Shown in pieces: positions 63,060 to 64,000 of a stretch of 64,000 nt of DNA. How positions within the stretch are numbered: the first letter of the stretch is position 1; every line of letters starts with the position of its first letter. The position numbers and the translations under genes are program-made. The DNA is from Sphyrna mokarran (taxonomy: Eukaryota): positions 67,022,001 to 67,086,000 of the forward strand of contig JAGIQG010000009.1 of assembly GCA_024679065.1 (NCBI GenBank), in the 5' to 3' direction. The notes beneath the pieces are model-generated. The model worked only from the letters and a program-made list of their open reading frames with translations. It was not told where the DNA came from and did no database searches.

Positions 63060-63990
63060 AGAGGCTGCGTAGGGATACAAACTCACTCTTTTTCCTCCTC
63101 TCTGTCCGCCTCCTCCTCTTCCTCATTCTTGTCCTTTACCTTGTATTCCTGCTCCTCTCCTGATGCTTGGTAGCAAAGGCTGTTTCCAGCATGATGGTGA
63201 GCATTCGGCAGACTACTGCAAAGTTTGACACTGGCTGTAGAATCATTGCTTCAGGACGCTAGTTTGTAGTTCATGTGTGTATTTGTGTCAAACCACAGTC
63301 ACAAGCCTATCCTCAGTGGACTGCCCATCACCCTGCAGTTGCCATTTGGTTTGCCATGGTGACTTAAGTACAGCTGGCAATGTGAACCTCCACAGAATGG
63401 ATACATCATGACTGCTGCGGATATCTGCCTTCGATCTGCATCATTTGCTGCCTGTGGTCAGACAACAGCGAGTCACTGAGAGAGCTGAATCCCCTTTGGT
63501 TCCAGCTTTTGTCAGAGTTGATATATGTTGCGCACAGAGATGTGCCAGCAGTCACTGGCACTCTGTACCTTGCAGAAACTGGCAATCAGAACCATCCGCT
63601 TGTTCACTCCACCCACTTAATGAAGTGTAGTTATAAATAACTTCAGTCGCCTCCCTTGTAACACCAGAGCACTGCAAACTGAAAGATGTTGCTTCTACTT
63701 CCAGCAGTAGCCTGGAAGGAGCCAGGTGCATAAAGGTTCCTAGCTATCATCATCTTGACAGCTGTTGGAATGTAATTCTTACTCTGCTCTAAGATTGGAG
63801 CTATGGTTGCAGCAGCGGATTTCAGTGAGGACATTCTTTGTGAAGCATAGACTTCTCAAATGCTGGTTATTACAAAAGTGTGAGAATAGATCTCTGATCA
63901 GCCAGGAAGGCTATGATCTCACACCAAAAACCCCCGTTTCCATTTCCCTCTCTGCTTCCTCTTCTAGCAGCTAGTCCTGTTCTGCATGGC
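63060..63990 (-). pseudogene. PIF/Harbinger DDE transposase (HARBI1-like) relic
   Basis: IPTAVKMMIARNLYAPGSFQATAG, NQRGFSSL...DHRQQMMQIEGRYP.SSHD, VLKQ.F and an acidic tail; several stops and frameshifts. Confidence 0.85.
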
Positions 63991-64000
63991 TTCACGTCAC

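Overview
AT-rich, CpG-depleted eukaryotic DNA with no intact gene. The repeat set points to a cartilaginous fish, probably a shark (inferred from recognised families): V-domain HE1-type SINEs, Deu-domain SacSINE1-type SINEs, CR1/HER1, Rex1/Babar, RTE, Tx1, Penelope termini, PIF/Harbinger relics and MITEs. It reads as a long intron or intergenic region. The only long ORF (40673-41563) is a disrupted Tx1 reverse transcriptase, and one 132-nt exon candidate with good splice sites lies at 30398-30529. I found no convincing new multi-gene system. The most interesting structures are: (i) three short palindromic Penelope-terminus insertions, each with its own target-site duplication, one a near-perfect ~68-bp hairpin, several termini carrying hammerhead-ribozyme remnants; (ii) a Tx1 fragment missing both ends yet flanked by a 19-bp duplication; (iii) a ~43 x 31-bp minisatellite grown from the conserved core of a Deu-SINE; (iv) a locally templated insertion that preserves an older state of its donor; (v) a non-repeat CpG-retaining patch at ~58.8-59.4 kb. 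Family names come from recalled motifs, not database searches, and most repeat boundaries are approximate.
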